Part shown: positions 36,730 to 45,700 of the stretch, piece by piece
Layout of the letters: each line of letters starts with the position of its first letter
How positions within the stretch are numbered: the first letter of the stretch is position 1
Source: a virus
Lineage: Duplodnaviria; Caudoviricetes
Strand: one strand, 5' to 3'
DNA length: 61,061 bases
Virus record (IMG/VR): IMGVR_UViG_3300008012_000030
Coordinates: 1 to 61,061 of that record
The notes under the pieces: model-generated
What the model was told of the DNA's origin: nothing
The model's input: the letters and a program-made list of their open reading frames with translations, nothing else
The model's database searches: none
Position numbers and translations under genes: made by a program

Positions 36730-38269
36730 AAAAATAATAATCGTAGGAGGAGGAAGTGCAGGATGGATGACTGCTTCTACGATTGTAAAACAAATAAAAA
36801 ATGTAGAATTAACATTAGTTGAAAGCAGTGATATTCCAACTGTGGGAGTAGGAGAAAGCACTGTAGGCGGTATCCGCAGGTGGATGCGCATGATAGGAAT
36901 AAAAGACGAAGAATTTGTAAAAGAGACAGATGCTAGTTATAAGTTAGCAATTAAATTTAATAACTTTTATGAGAAAGGTAATACATGGTATTATCCATTT
37001 GGTGGACCACATCTAAAAGAAAATATTTACAATCGTAATGATTGGTTTGTTAAAAAATCTCTACATCCAGATACACCAGAATATGATATGACAGATTGTT
37101 ATTACCCTCAAATGAGTTTAGTAAAACAAAATAAAATTTCTGTTGACCCAAACATTCCAGATTTTAAATTTTATGAAGATACGGCATTTCATTTTGATGC
37201 AAGTAAGTTTGGTGTTTGGTTGAAAAATCATATCTGTTTACCAAACGGTGTAAAACATATAGTTGCAGATGTATCTCCTGTTGTAGAAAATAGACAAATA
37301 AAATATCTACAATTATCAAATGGAGAGAAATTGTCAGCTGATCTATACGTGGACTGTACAGGATTTAAAAGTTTGTTGTTAGGAGAATCATTACAAGAAC
37401 CTTTTATTTCATATGAAAACTTATTACCAAATAATCGCGCTTGGGCTACTAGAGTTCCTTATATTGATAAAGATAAAGAATTGCAATCAGTTACAGAGTG
37501 TACAGCTATAGATTATGGCTGGGTTTGGAATATACCTTTATGGAGTAGAGTTGGAACAGGCTATGTGTATAGCGACAAACACATTTCCTCTGAAAATGCT
37601 TTAAAGGAATTTAAACAATATCTCAATAACAAAGGACATCAAACTGATTCTTTAGAGTTTCGTGATATAAAGATGCGTGTAGGAAGGCACAAAAAACTTT
37701 GGGTTAACAACGTGGTTGCTGTAGGTTTAAGTGCAGCATTTATTGAACCTTTAGAAAGCACAGGACTTGTAACAGTATACGAATTTGCCATAAATTTATG
37801 CAGAGCTCTTAGAAGAAAAAACATAAGCCAATGGGATATTGACGAATATAATTCTACTAGTATAGACCAGTTTGATTACTTTGCGCAGTTTGTTTGTATG
37901 CACTACGCTCTGTCTCATAGAAATGATACTTCATATTGGCAAGATGTGACGTCAAGATCTTATCTATCAGAACTTGCAAATTTAGGCGAATTACAAACAC
38001 AACGCCTATTACATCATACCATCTGGAAAAAATTTAACGATTGGCAATTGCCTTTAGATAATGGTTTATTATGCCTTGCTGCAGGTATGAATTGGTATCC
38101 TATGGATGAAATCATAATCAATGGATTCAACCAAGAAATTGAAGATAATAAAGTTTGGTATAGAAAGGCTATTGTGGGTCTAGATATGCGCAAGGCTGAA
38201 TGGAATAATGCTGTTAAAGAGTTGCCGTCATTAAAAGATTTTCTTTATACAAATTATTACAAAGATTAA
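36713..38269 (+). CDS. Flavin-dependent halogenase (tryptophan halogenase family)
   Basis: GGGSAGW, GVGEST, DASYKLAI, ADLYVDCTGF, WVWNIP, FIEPLESTG, HYALS.R.DT.YW. Confidence 0.93.
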   Translation: MATPIKKIIIVGGGSAGWMTASTIVKQIKNVELTLVESSDIPTVGVGESTVGGIRRWMRMIGIKDEEFVKETDASYKLAIKFNNFYEKGNTWYYPFGGPHLKENIYNRNDWFVKKSLHPDTPEYDMTDCYYPQMSLVKQNKISVDPNIPDFKFYEDTAFHFDASKFGVWLKNHICLPNGVKHIVADVSPVVENRQIKYLQLSNGEKLSADLYVDCTGFKSLLLGESLQEPFISYENLLPNNRAWATRVPYIDKDKELQSVTECTAIDYGWVWNIPLWSRVGTGYVYSDKHISSENALKEFKQYLNNKGHQTDSLEFRDIKMRVGRHKKLWVNNVVAVGLSAAFIEPLESTGLVTVYEFAINLCRALRRKNISQWDIDEYNSTSIDQFDYFAQFVCMHYALSHRNDTSYWQDVTSRSYLSELANLGELQTQRLLHHTIWKKFNDWQLPLDNGLLCLAAGMNWYPMDEIIINGFNQEIEDNKVWYRKAIVGLDMRKAEWNNAVKELPSLKDFLYTNYYKD

Positions 38270-39387
38270 TATCTTACAATAACAACACCAGAGCCACCTT
38301 TTTGACCCCATTGTCCTCCGCCAGCACCGCCGCCAGTATTAGTACCACCGTTGCCACCGTCTGCTCTATTTCTATGTGCACCTGACGGCTGACCGTGGTT
38401 AAGACTTTGGCCGCCACCTGCTCCTTGTCTGTCGGTGCCAGGACGATATGGAGAGCCATGGTAGATTCCACCACCGCCACCACCGCCAATACCGCCGTTA
38501 CAAAATCCATGTCCGTGATGTGCGCCACCAGCGCCACCACCACCAAAATAAAGTGTAGGACCTAAAATATCTGTAGCTGATCCTGGACCACCCATTGGAT
38601 CATCCATTGCATTTTGTCTCTCGTCAGCAGCATCGCGACCTCTACCGCCAGCACCGCCACCGCCGCCGCCCCAGTGACAATTATCACCAGACGTGTTAAA
38701 TCTTACTCCTGATCCTCCAGGAAATCCTTGGCCCGCAGTTCCGTCACCTTCTCTTACTCTTCTACGACTATCTGTTCCATCTCCGGTGTTACCTCCACCG
38801 CCTCCAGAACCTCCTGGACGGCCACTCCAACTAGGTTCACCTCTACCACTCGGTGGATGTCCCCAACAACCTGATCCGCCGCCACCGTTAGCTGTAATAG
38901 TTCCAAATACTGAATTTTGTCCTGGTGTAGATCCTTGACTCCATCCTGGACCGTAATGACTTCCTGTGCCGTCACCTACTGTAATCGAGATACCAGATCC
39001 TGCTGTAACAGGGTACGAACGGTTGTATACAACTCCGCCTCCACCGCCTCCAGCAGCCCAGTCATATCCAGAACCACCACCACCTCCAACTACTAGTACT
39101 TGTATAGTTCCTGTAAATGTAGGTGTGAACGTATGTGAACCTGTGCTTGTAAATAGATGTGAAATTCCGTTATTTCCGTAAACAATAGAGTTACCACCTG
39201 TACCTACTGTTCCTTTACTGAATCCTGTTACAGGACGCCACTGACTACCGTCATAAAATTCTAATGTGTTAGTGTCAGTACTATATCTAACCATTCCTTG
39301 TGATGCAGCTGATCTTTGTCCTGCAGCACCGACCGGTAGTGTCAAAAATCCTGTGTCATTAATATTTGTATCTAGTAAATTTGCCAT
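38266..39387 (-). CDS. Glycine-rich adhesin-like tail protein, paralogue 3
   Basis: N-terminal LPVG...G.VRY......EFYDG..W module, VLVVGGGG, many poly-Gly runs, C-terminal GGSGVVIVRY. Confidence 0.8.
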   Translation of the reverse strand: MANLLDTNINDTGFLTLPVGAAGQRSAASQGMVRYSTDTNTLEFYDGSQWRPVTGFSKGTVGTGGNSIVYGNNGISHLFTSTGSHTFTPTFTGTIQVLVVGGGGGSGYDWAAGGGGGGVVYNRSYPVTAGSGISITVGDGTGSHYGPGWSQGSTPGQNSVFGTITANGGGGSGCWGHPPSGRGEPSWSGRPGGSGGGGGNTGDGTDSRRRVREGDGTAGQGFPGGSGVRFNTSGDNCHWGGGGGGAGGRGRDAADERQNAMDDPMGGPGSATDILGPTLYFGGGGAGGAHHGHGFCNGGIGGGGGGGIYHGSPYRPGTDRQGAGGGQSLNHGQPSGAHRNRADGGNGGTNTGGGAGGGQWGQKGGSGVVIVRY

Positions 39388-40496
39388 TAGTACCTCACTA
39401 TAACTATTCCGCTTCCGCCATTTTGGTGAGCTGATCCTGAATTTCCGTTGTTTCCACCACCGCCACCACCGCCGGTGTTTGCGCCACCATTACCGCCTGT
39501 GGTTTGGCTTACTCCAGGTTGTCCATTATTTATTGCTTGTCTGCCGCCTCTACCTAATAGTCTAGGAAAATTAGGTGGCATTTGAGGAGCACCATGATGG
39601 GCACCACCGCCTCCACCGCCACCAATGCCGCCATTGCCTGCACCGCCTGGTGATAGATGTGGTCCTGCTCCACCGCCTCCAGCAAAGTATAAAATTTCTC
39701 CAAGAATGTCACTACCTGCACCTGCACCGCCATTAGCTGCTATTCCATCTTCACGCATGTCACTTCCACCTAAACCAGGGCCGCCTGCTCCTCCGCCGCC
39801 ACCTGATAAGTGTCCGTTGTCGCTTTGCCTATTAAATCTTGTTCCAGAACCTCCTGGAAATCCTTGTCCTTGAGTTCCAGGACCACCGCTTAATCGATAT
39901 CTACTACCGTTATCTCCTGACGATCCTGCTCCGCCGCCCGATCCTCCCGAACGACTTTCAGTACCAGAACTTTGGTTCCAATAGCCGCCTCCACCGCCAC
40001 CGGTAGCTGTTGTACCTCCAAATACAGAGTTTCCGCCATTGCTGCCAAAGTTACCGTACGGTTGAGAACCTCCGCCACCGCCAACTGTAACGGTGATTGG
40101 TGATCCAGCACTCACAGGATAAGTTGCATTATATACAATGCCACCTCCGCCTCCACCACCACCGTGGCTTCCGCCTCCTGCTCCTCCACCGGCAACAATT
40201 AATACTTGTACATTTCCGCTGAAAGCAGGTGTAAATGTTGAATTTCCTACACTTGTAAATGAATGAACTATTCCGCCATGTAAATATGAAATTGTTCCAC
40301 CACTACCTAAACTACCTTGACTGTAACCTGTAACTGGACGCCAATTAGACCCATCATAAAATTCTAAAACCGCAGGATTATATGAAGTATTCATTCTAAT
40401 ATGACCATTATTTGCGGATGGTCTATTTCCTGTAGTATTTGACTCTATATCAATATGGCCAGTATCATTTATTGTTGTATTTTTTAAAATTGCCAT
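39387..40496 (-). CDS. Glycine-rich adhesin-like tail protein, paralogue 2
   Basis: Same architecture (EFYDG..WRPVTG, VLIVAGGG, GQGFPGG.G.RFN, GGSGIVIVRY). Confidence 0.8.
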   Translation of the reverse strand: MAILKNTTINDTGHIDIESNTTGNRPSANNGHIRMNTSYNPAVLEFYDGSNWRPVTGYSQGSLGSGGTISYLHGGIVHSFTSVGNSTFTPAFSGNVQVLIVAGGGAGGGSHGGGGGGGGIVYNATYPVSAGSPITVTVGGGGGSQPYGNFGSNGGNSVFGGTTATGGGGGGYWNQSSGTESRSGGSGGGAGSSGDNGSRYRLSGGPGTQGQGFPGGSGTRFNRQSDNGHLSGGGGGAGGPGLGGSDMREDGIAANGGAGAGSDILGEILYFAGGGGAGPHLSPGGAGNGGIGGGGGGGAHHGAPQMPPNFPRLLGRGGRQAINNGQPGVSQTTGGNGGANTGGGGGGGNNGNSGSAHQNGGSGIVIVRY

Positions 40497-40498
40497 AA

Positions 40499-41617
40499 TT
40501 AATACCTCACTACAACTATACCAGTACCAGCAGTTGTACCATTAAATCCACTCCAGCCGTTTCTGCCTCCAGCGCCACCGCCTGTATTTACTCCGCCTGG
40601 TCCTGATTGCTCGTGATTTACAGCAGCACCGCCTGCATTTAATGCTCGGCCGCCGCCTACACCATTTCTGCCACTGCCTGGATGTCTTGGCCCGCCGTGG
40701 TATATACGGCCACCACCACCGCCACCAATGCCACCTGCTGGGCCACGTCTACCGTTGCCTAGGTGATTGCAGCCACCGCCGCCACCTGCCCAATATAGTG
40801 TTTCACCAAGGATATCGTTTGCTGCTCCTGGGCCACCATCACTTACAATACCATCGTGTGCATTTTCTGTACCCGAAATTCCTGGGCCACCAGCTCCTCC
40901 GCCAGCTCCTGATGAATGTCCATTATCACCTTGTTGATTAAATCTTATACCTGTACCGCCTGGATATCCTTGTCCAGAATAATTTCCTCTACCACCTTCA
41001 AATCTAAATCTGGATCCTTGAGATGAGCCTGTTGCTCCTCCTCCTCCAGAACCGCCAGCGCCGTTTCCGGTAGGATCATTATTACCGTCCCATGATCCTC
41101 CGCCACCGCCGCCAATAGCAGATACACCGTTAAATACTGAACTGCCGCCTCGGTTTCCTCTATTTGGATATCCTGCAATGCCACCGCCACCACCTACTGT
41201 AATAGGATAGCCTGTACCAGCACTTACTGGATATGCACGATTGTATATCATGGCGCCACCGCCACCACCACCGCCCCAGTGTGTTCCAGAGCTTCCACCA
41301 CCTCCTATTATAAGAACTTCTACAGTTCCTGTAAATGTTGGTGTGAAGGTGTGACCTCCTACAGAAGTAAACATGTGTATTATGCCACCGTTTGCTCTAC
41401 TTCCTGATGCTCCTGTATAACGTATTTCGTTACCGCCAGTACCAATTGTTCCTTTTGCAACTCCAGTTACTGGTCTCCATCCACCATCGTAAAACTCTAA
41501 CAATCCTTGATCTGTGTTGTACCTAAGCATTCCATTTGTTGGTGAGCCTGGTCTCTGTGCTGAAGTCCCGTCTGGTAGGATTACGTTTCCAAATGATGTA
41601 TTTTTTAGAGTTGCCAT
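40499..41617 (-). CDS. Glycine-rich adhesin-like tail protein, paralogue 1
   Basis: Same architecture (LPDG...RP...GMLRYN...EFYDG.WRPVTG, GQGYPGG.G.RFN, GTGIVVVRY). Confidence 0.8.
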   Translation of the reverse strand: MATLKNTSFGNVILPDGTSAQRPGSPTNGMLRYNTDQGLLEFYDGGWRPVTGVAKGTIGTGGNEIRYTGASGSRANGGIIHMFTSVGGHTFTPTFTGTVEVLIIGGGGSSGTHWGGGGGGGAMIYNRAYPVSAGTGYPITVGGGGGIAGYPNRGNRGGSSVFNGVSAIGGGGGGSWDGNNDPTGNGAGGSGGGGATGSSQGSRFRFEGGRGNYSGQGYPGGTGIRFNQQGDNGHSSGAGGGAGGPGISGTENAHDGIVSDGGPGAANDILGETLYWAGGGGGCNHLGNGRRGPAGGIGGGGGGRIYHGGPRHPGSGRNGVGGGRALNAGGAAVNHEQSGPGGVNTGGGAGGRNGWSGFNGTTAGTGIVVVRY

Positions 41618-41623
41618 TAACGC

Positions 41624-42427
41624 TTACCCTTTTATCTTATCAATTTCAACTTTAAGTGTTTTAATTGCTTCAATCAAATACGCACTTAATTTTGTGTAGT
41701 AAATACTTTCTGGATTTCCTTCACTATCTTTTTTAACTAAATTTGGAAGTATTTTGTTAACTTCTTCAGCAATCAAACCTGCTTCGTTTTTTGTACTTCC
41801 GTCTTTCCTGTCATATATTTTTCCAGCTAATTCCATAACACTATCAAGAGCATTTTCGATAGGAGATATATTTTCTTTAAGTGTTATACTAGAAGTTTCA
41901 GTAATAGTAGCTGCACTCATGTTTCCAGAAAAACTTGCACTTGCGCCACCAAGTTGACCGGTAATTGTTAAATTTCCTGTGCTTGGTTGAAAACTAAATT
42001 TTGTGTTACTTACTGTTTCACCTGTGATACCACCACTAGTTGCTGTCGTCATAGTTGGATAGTATGTTGCAGCATCAGTAGTATTGTTTGATATTTGAAT
42101 ATCTGCTGCCACCCAACTTAATTGTCCGCCTGCGTCAGTTTGTAAAAATTTTCCTGCGTCTGGTCCTGCTGCAGGAAATGTATAAGTAGCATCCGAAGTA
42201 ACATCTGCAGGAACTGCAAGTGTTACTGATTGACTATTGTCATTGTCTAGTAAAACAAGATTGCTACCGCTACGTAAATTCATATGGGAGTTAACTTGGA
42301 TTTCACCGTTTCCGTTAGGAGTAAGTGTTATATCATTATCAGTAAGAACGCTACTGATTGTTTGTCCTACTGCTGTAAGCGTTCCTAATATTGGTCCACC
42401 TGTAACTCCGTTTGTAATTTTCCTCAT
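41624..42427 (-). CDS. Tail fibre protein with C-terminal S74-type intramolecular chaperone
   Basis: TSSITLKENI.PI.NAL...GLIAEEV...P.LV...YTKLSAYLIEAIK.L coiled-coil end; Ser and Lys of the autocleavage motif are retained. Confidence 0.85.
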   Translation of the reverse strand: MRKITNGVTGGPILGTLTAVGQTISSVLTDNDITLTPNGNGEIQVNSHMNLRSGSNLVLLDNDNSQSVTLAVPADVTSDATYTFPAAGPDAGKFLQTDAGGQLSWVAADIQISNNTTDAATYYPTMTTATSGGITGETVSNTKFSFQPSTGNLTITGQLGGASASFSGNMSAATITETSSITLKENISPIENALDSVMELAGKIYDRKDGSTKNEAGLIAEEVNKILPNLVKKDSEGNPESIYYTKLSAYLIEAIKTLKVEIDKIKG

Positions 42428-42437
42428 TGTAACTTCC

Positions 42438-42761
42438 TTATGTCGTTGCTGTTTCTATGCCATAAACCATTGCAGTTACATCTGTACTGTTTGCATATAT
42501 TACAACATTTTTACCTGCATCTAAAACTACTCCGCCTCTTTCAAGTGTACCGTTTGCTACTAATTCTGTATCAAATTCTATATATTCAGAATTACCAGGT
42601 GTGCCGGACGCTGCTAAAGCAACTCTAACATCTCTAGTAGATGTTGCTCTGTTACAAACACTGATTGTAACTATAGCAAATGTATCAGCAGGTACAGTAT
42701 ATATTGTAGTATTGGTAGTTGGGCTTAAATCTGCTGGTGTACCTAATATTCCTGTTGCCAT
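42438..42761 (-). CDS. Small structural protein (paralogue of 56951-57280)
   Basis: IYTVP...T...VCN...DV...L.AN..L....LDA...V; GGAG RBS. Confidence 0.7.
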   Translation of the reverse strand: MATGILGTPADLSPTTNTTIYTVPADTFAIVTISVCNRATSTRDVRVALAASGTPGNSEYIEFDTELVANGTLERGGVVLDAGKNVVIYANSTDVTAMVYGIETATT

Positions 42762-42771
42762 TTTTTCTCTC

Positions 42772-45700
42772 CTATCTTAAAAAATAATTGTATGCTAACG
42801 GTAAACCTAATACACTTTTCGTAAAGTTTACGTTTGCTTTTATATTTATCAACGCTCCAGTGACTGTTGTAATTTGTGTGCTGTTAATGAAAATGTCACC
42901 AGCTGTAACACTGTTAACAACCAGTGATGCACCACCACCACCAATTTGAGCTTCAATATAACTCTTAATTGCCCGTTGAGTAGGAACAATACTATCACTA
43001 TTAGCAGTAAAGAATGGATCAGTACTGAATTCAGTAACACTTGCAGAGTTACCACCAAGTGTAACTTCACCAAGTGTTAGTTCTTGTAGACCTGCAATGT
43101 TAAATGCTTCTGCATTTAATGTTGCAACACCAGTTGCTTGTTCAATACTAAACAAGTCACCAACTCTAAAGTTACCATCTTGGTCAGTTGCTGTAAAGAA
43201 CACACGCCCACCGTTAAAATCTTCTGTTTCGTTATCTTGCACAGGGTCATTAACCGGGTCGCCGTATACGTTATTTGGATAATTTGTATCGTCAAAGTTA
43301 CCTGTACCAATATCTAAGAAATCGTGTCCTGTTAGACGTACCTGACTAAATCTAATACGCATAGTAACGTTGTCGCCATTAGGTACAGCATCTTCAATTT
43401 CCATATTAGGTGATAATTGTAAGAATGCAGTGTAAGCTCCGTCTTTAGTTCCAACTCTACTAACAACATTAACAAGTTTAAACACTTGATTAGGAAGATT
43501 GTCAAACACTACGTTTGATCCGTTTACTGGTACTGCTGAAAGCTGTCTAACTGCAACAAATTGTCCGTCTTGTAAGAAATTTGCAAAGCCATTACTTTCA
43601 TCTGTGTTTACTTCTGCACTTGCACTTATGAATCCGCTACCTCTAGCAACAAATGTTGGTTGACCTAGTATACCACTATTTAATCTTACTGTAAATAATG
43701 CTTCATTAATATTGTTAGGATCAGTAATTGTCATAGTCGGCGCTGTCACACCATATCCCGAACCAGGTTCTGTAATTCTTAATTCAAATAATTTTTCACT
43801 TGCAACACCAGCTCTTGCTTTTGTAGTACAGCCTATTTTAAAGTTTCCGAGAGCAGTAGTTGTGCCTGTTTGTATAGCAACAAACTTAGGATCTCTATTA
43901 GGATTACCAAATCCTACCGCTTTTAATCCACCTGTATATGTGGTTGCTGTAATTGCATAAGGTGTAGGCCAGTAAACACCATCTTCAGAATATGGTAATT
44001 CGTTGGTATCGTTTGTTGTTACAACAAATACACCCTGTCCGTAAGAGATACGCACTGGTAGAGCTGTTCCTCCACCGCCAGTAGTTATAGTATTAGCAGT
44101 CCAATTAGCACCTGCATCTAATGAATATGCTCCTGTAGTGCTGTCGCTTGCAATAGCATAAAATTTACCTTTACCGTATGCTAGATCTGTCCAGGCGTTA
44201 GTATTAGGCATTCCTGCAGCAACTTGTACCCAGGTTACACCATCTGTTGAATAAGAAGTTTCTTGGCTTCCTGATTTAATTGCTACAAATTTTCCTTGTC
44301 CGTATGCAACTGCGGTATATCCTGTTGAAGGCAAAGCATTAGCAGTTGTTGTCCAGCTTGCACCACCATCATCTGAATATGCTACGTCTCTGTCTCCGTC
44401 ACCTATTAGTATAAATCTTGCTGTTGCTGAAGCAACTTGTCCAAATGCTACATCACATCTTGTGCTTGCTGTCAATGCAGGCTGAGATGCTGGCGCACTC
44501 CAGGTGCCTGATGCTCCAGTAGTTGAATAATTTACTGCCGTTGCACCTCCTGTAATACCAGCCGCAATAACATAACTTTGTTTGAAAGTAGTCGAACCGT
44601 CGTCTGCTAATCCGCTAGATAATCTTTGCCATGTTAGACTTGTTGCTAGTGTGCTATTAGTCCAGGTACTACCATCATTTGAAATTATTGCTGTAGTACC
44701 ACTATCAGGTAATGCAATAAATCTACCTTTTAATCCAACACCAGAAATATCAAATTCTTCAATAGCGCCAGTACTTGCATTTACTACTGTAGCTGTTATT
44801 GTAATGTCGTTAGTTGTAGATGTACCACCTAAATTTGTTCCTAATATTGTTAAAGTTTCTAATCTAGTATAACCACTTCCTCCACTATTAAGAGTTACAT
44901 AATATTTACTACCATTTCTTGTTACATTAAATGTTGCACTAATACCATCGCCGTCAGTAGCACTAGCTACATTGTTATACTGTGCAGATGTTTCAAAATA
45001 GTGTACATCATTCCATACATCGCTTGTAATTGAATGTGTTGTATCACTTCTTGTAGGTGCAGTAAATGAAATTGCAGGTTCTATCAAATATGTTGATGAA
45101 CTGTTAGGCGATACAAATGCTGTTCCTGAAACTACGTGATCCCATCCTGCTGTGCCGTCTGACTCTTTAACAACAGTAGCAACTTTAGATCCTGCATTAT
45201 AAGTATCAACGATAGCATAATGTCCTGTTCCAGCACCACCTGTAATTAAAACTTTCATACCAATGTATGCTGTACTACTGTTACCATCTGTTGCAGCAAG
45301 TGTAATACTTGTGCTACTACCTGTTTGAGCTGTGTTTGTAACAACAAGGTATCCATTTCCTCCTGCTGTTGCATCTGGGTTTCCGGTAGAATCATCAACT
45401 TCTATAATTCTTACTTGATTTACACCTTGATCACGGAATTCATCAAAAACAGTAGATTCGTTATCGCCTACACCAAAGAAATTTAAATTTGCTTCTGTAT
45501 AATCGTTACCTGCATGTGAATATTCTACACTTAAAATTTCATCTGCACCGTCAGTAAATACATTGGCAACTACTGCATTATATTGTTTTTCATTATCAAC
45601 AATAGCTGTAACTGGTGTTTCATCTGGATCAACACCTTCTGCTACAGAACCAAATTTACCATATGAGTTATTACCGTTAGTAGCTCTCATTCTACCGCCT

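Noticed and set aside
22106-38269. Bacterial secondary-metabolite cluster (e.g. pyrrolnitrin) or host contamination
   Set aside because: No prnB/C/D, NRPS, PKS, transporter or regulator genes. The genes overlap or abut phage tail genes and share the phage promoter motif.
38290-41320. GC-rich (CCG/CCA/CCT)n runs as CRISPR or DNA-level tandem repeats
   Set aside because: They are poly-Gly codons with variable third positions; there is no fixed repeat-spacer period.
38266-41617. Diversity-generating retroelement or invertible shufflon acting on the three adhesins
   Set aside because: No reverse transcriptase or recombinase in the window, and I saw no near-identical template/variable repeat or flanking inverted repeats; the paralogues differ throughout.
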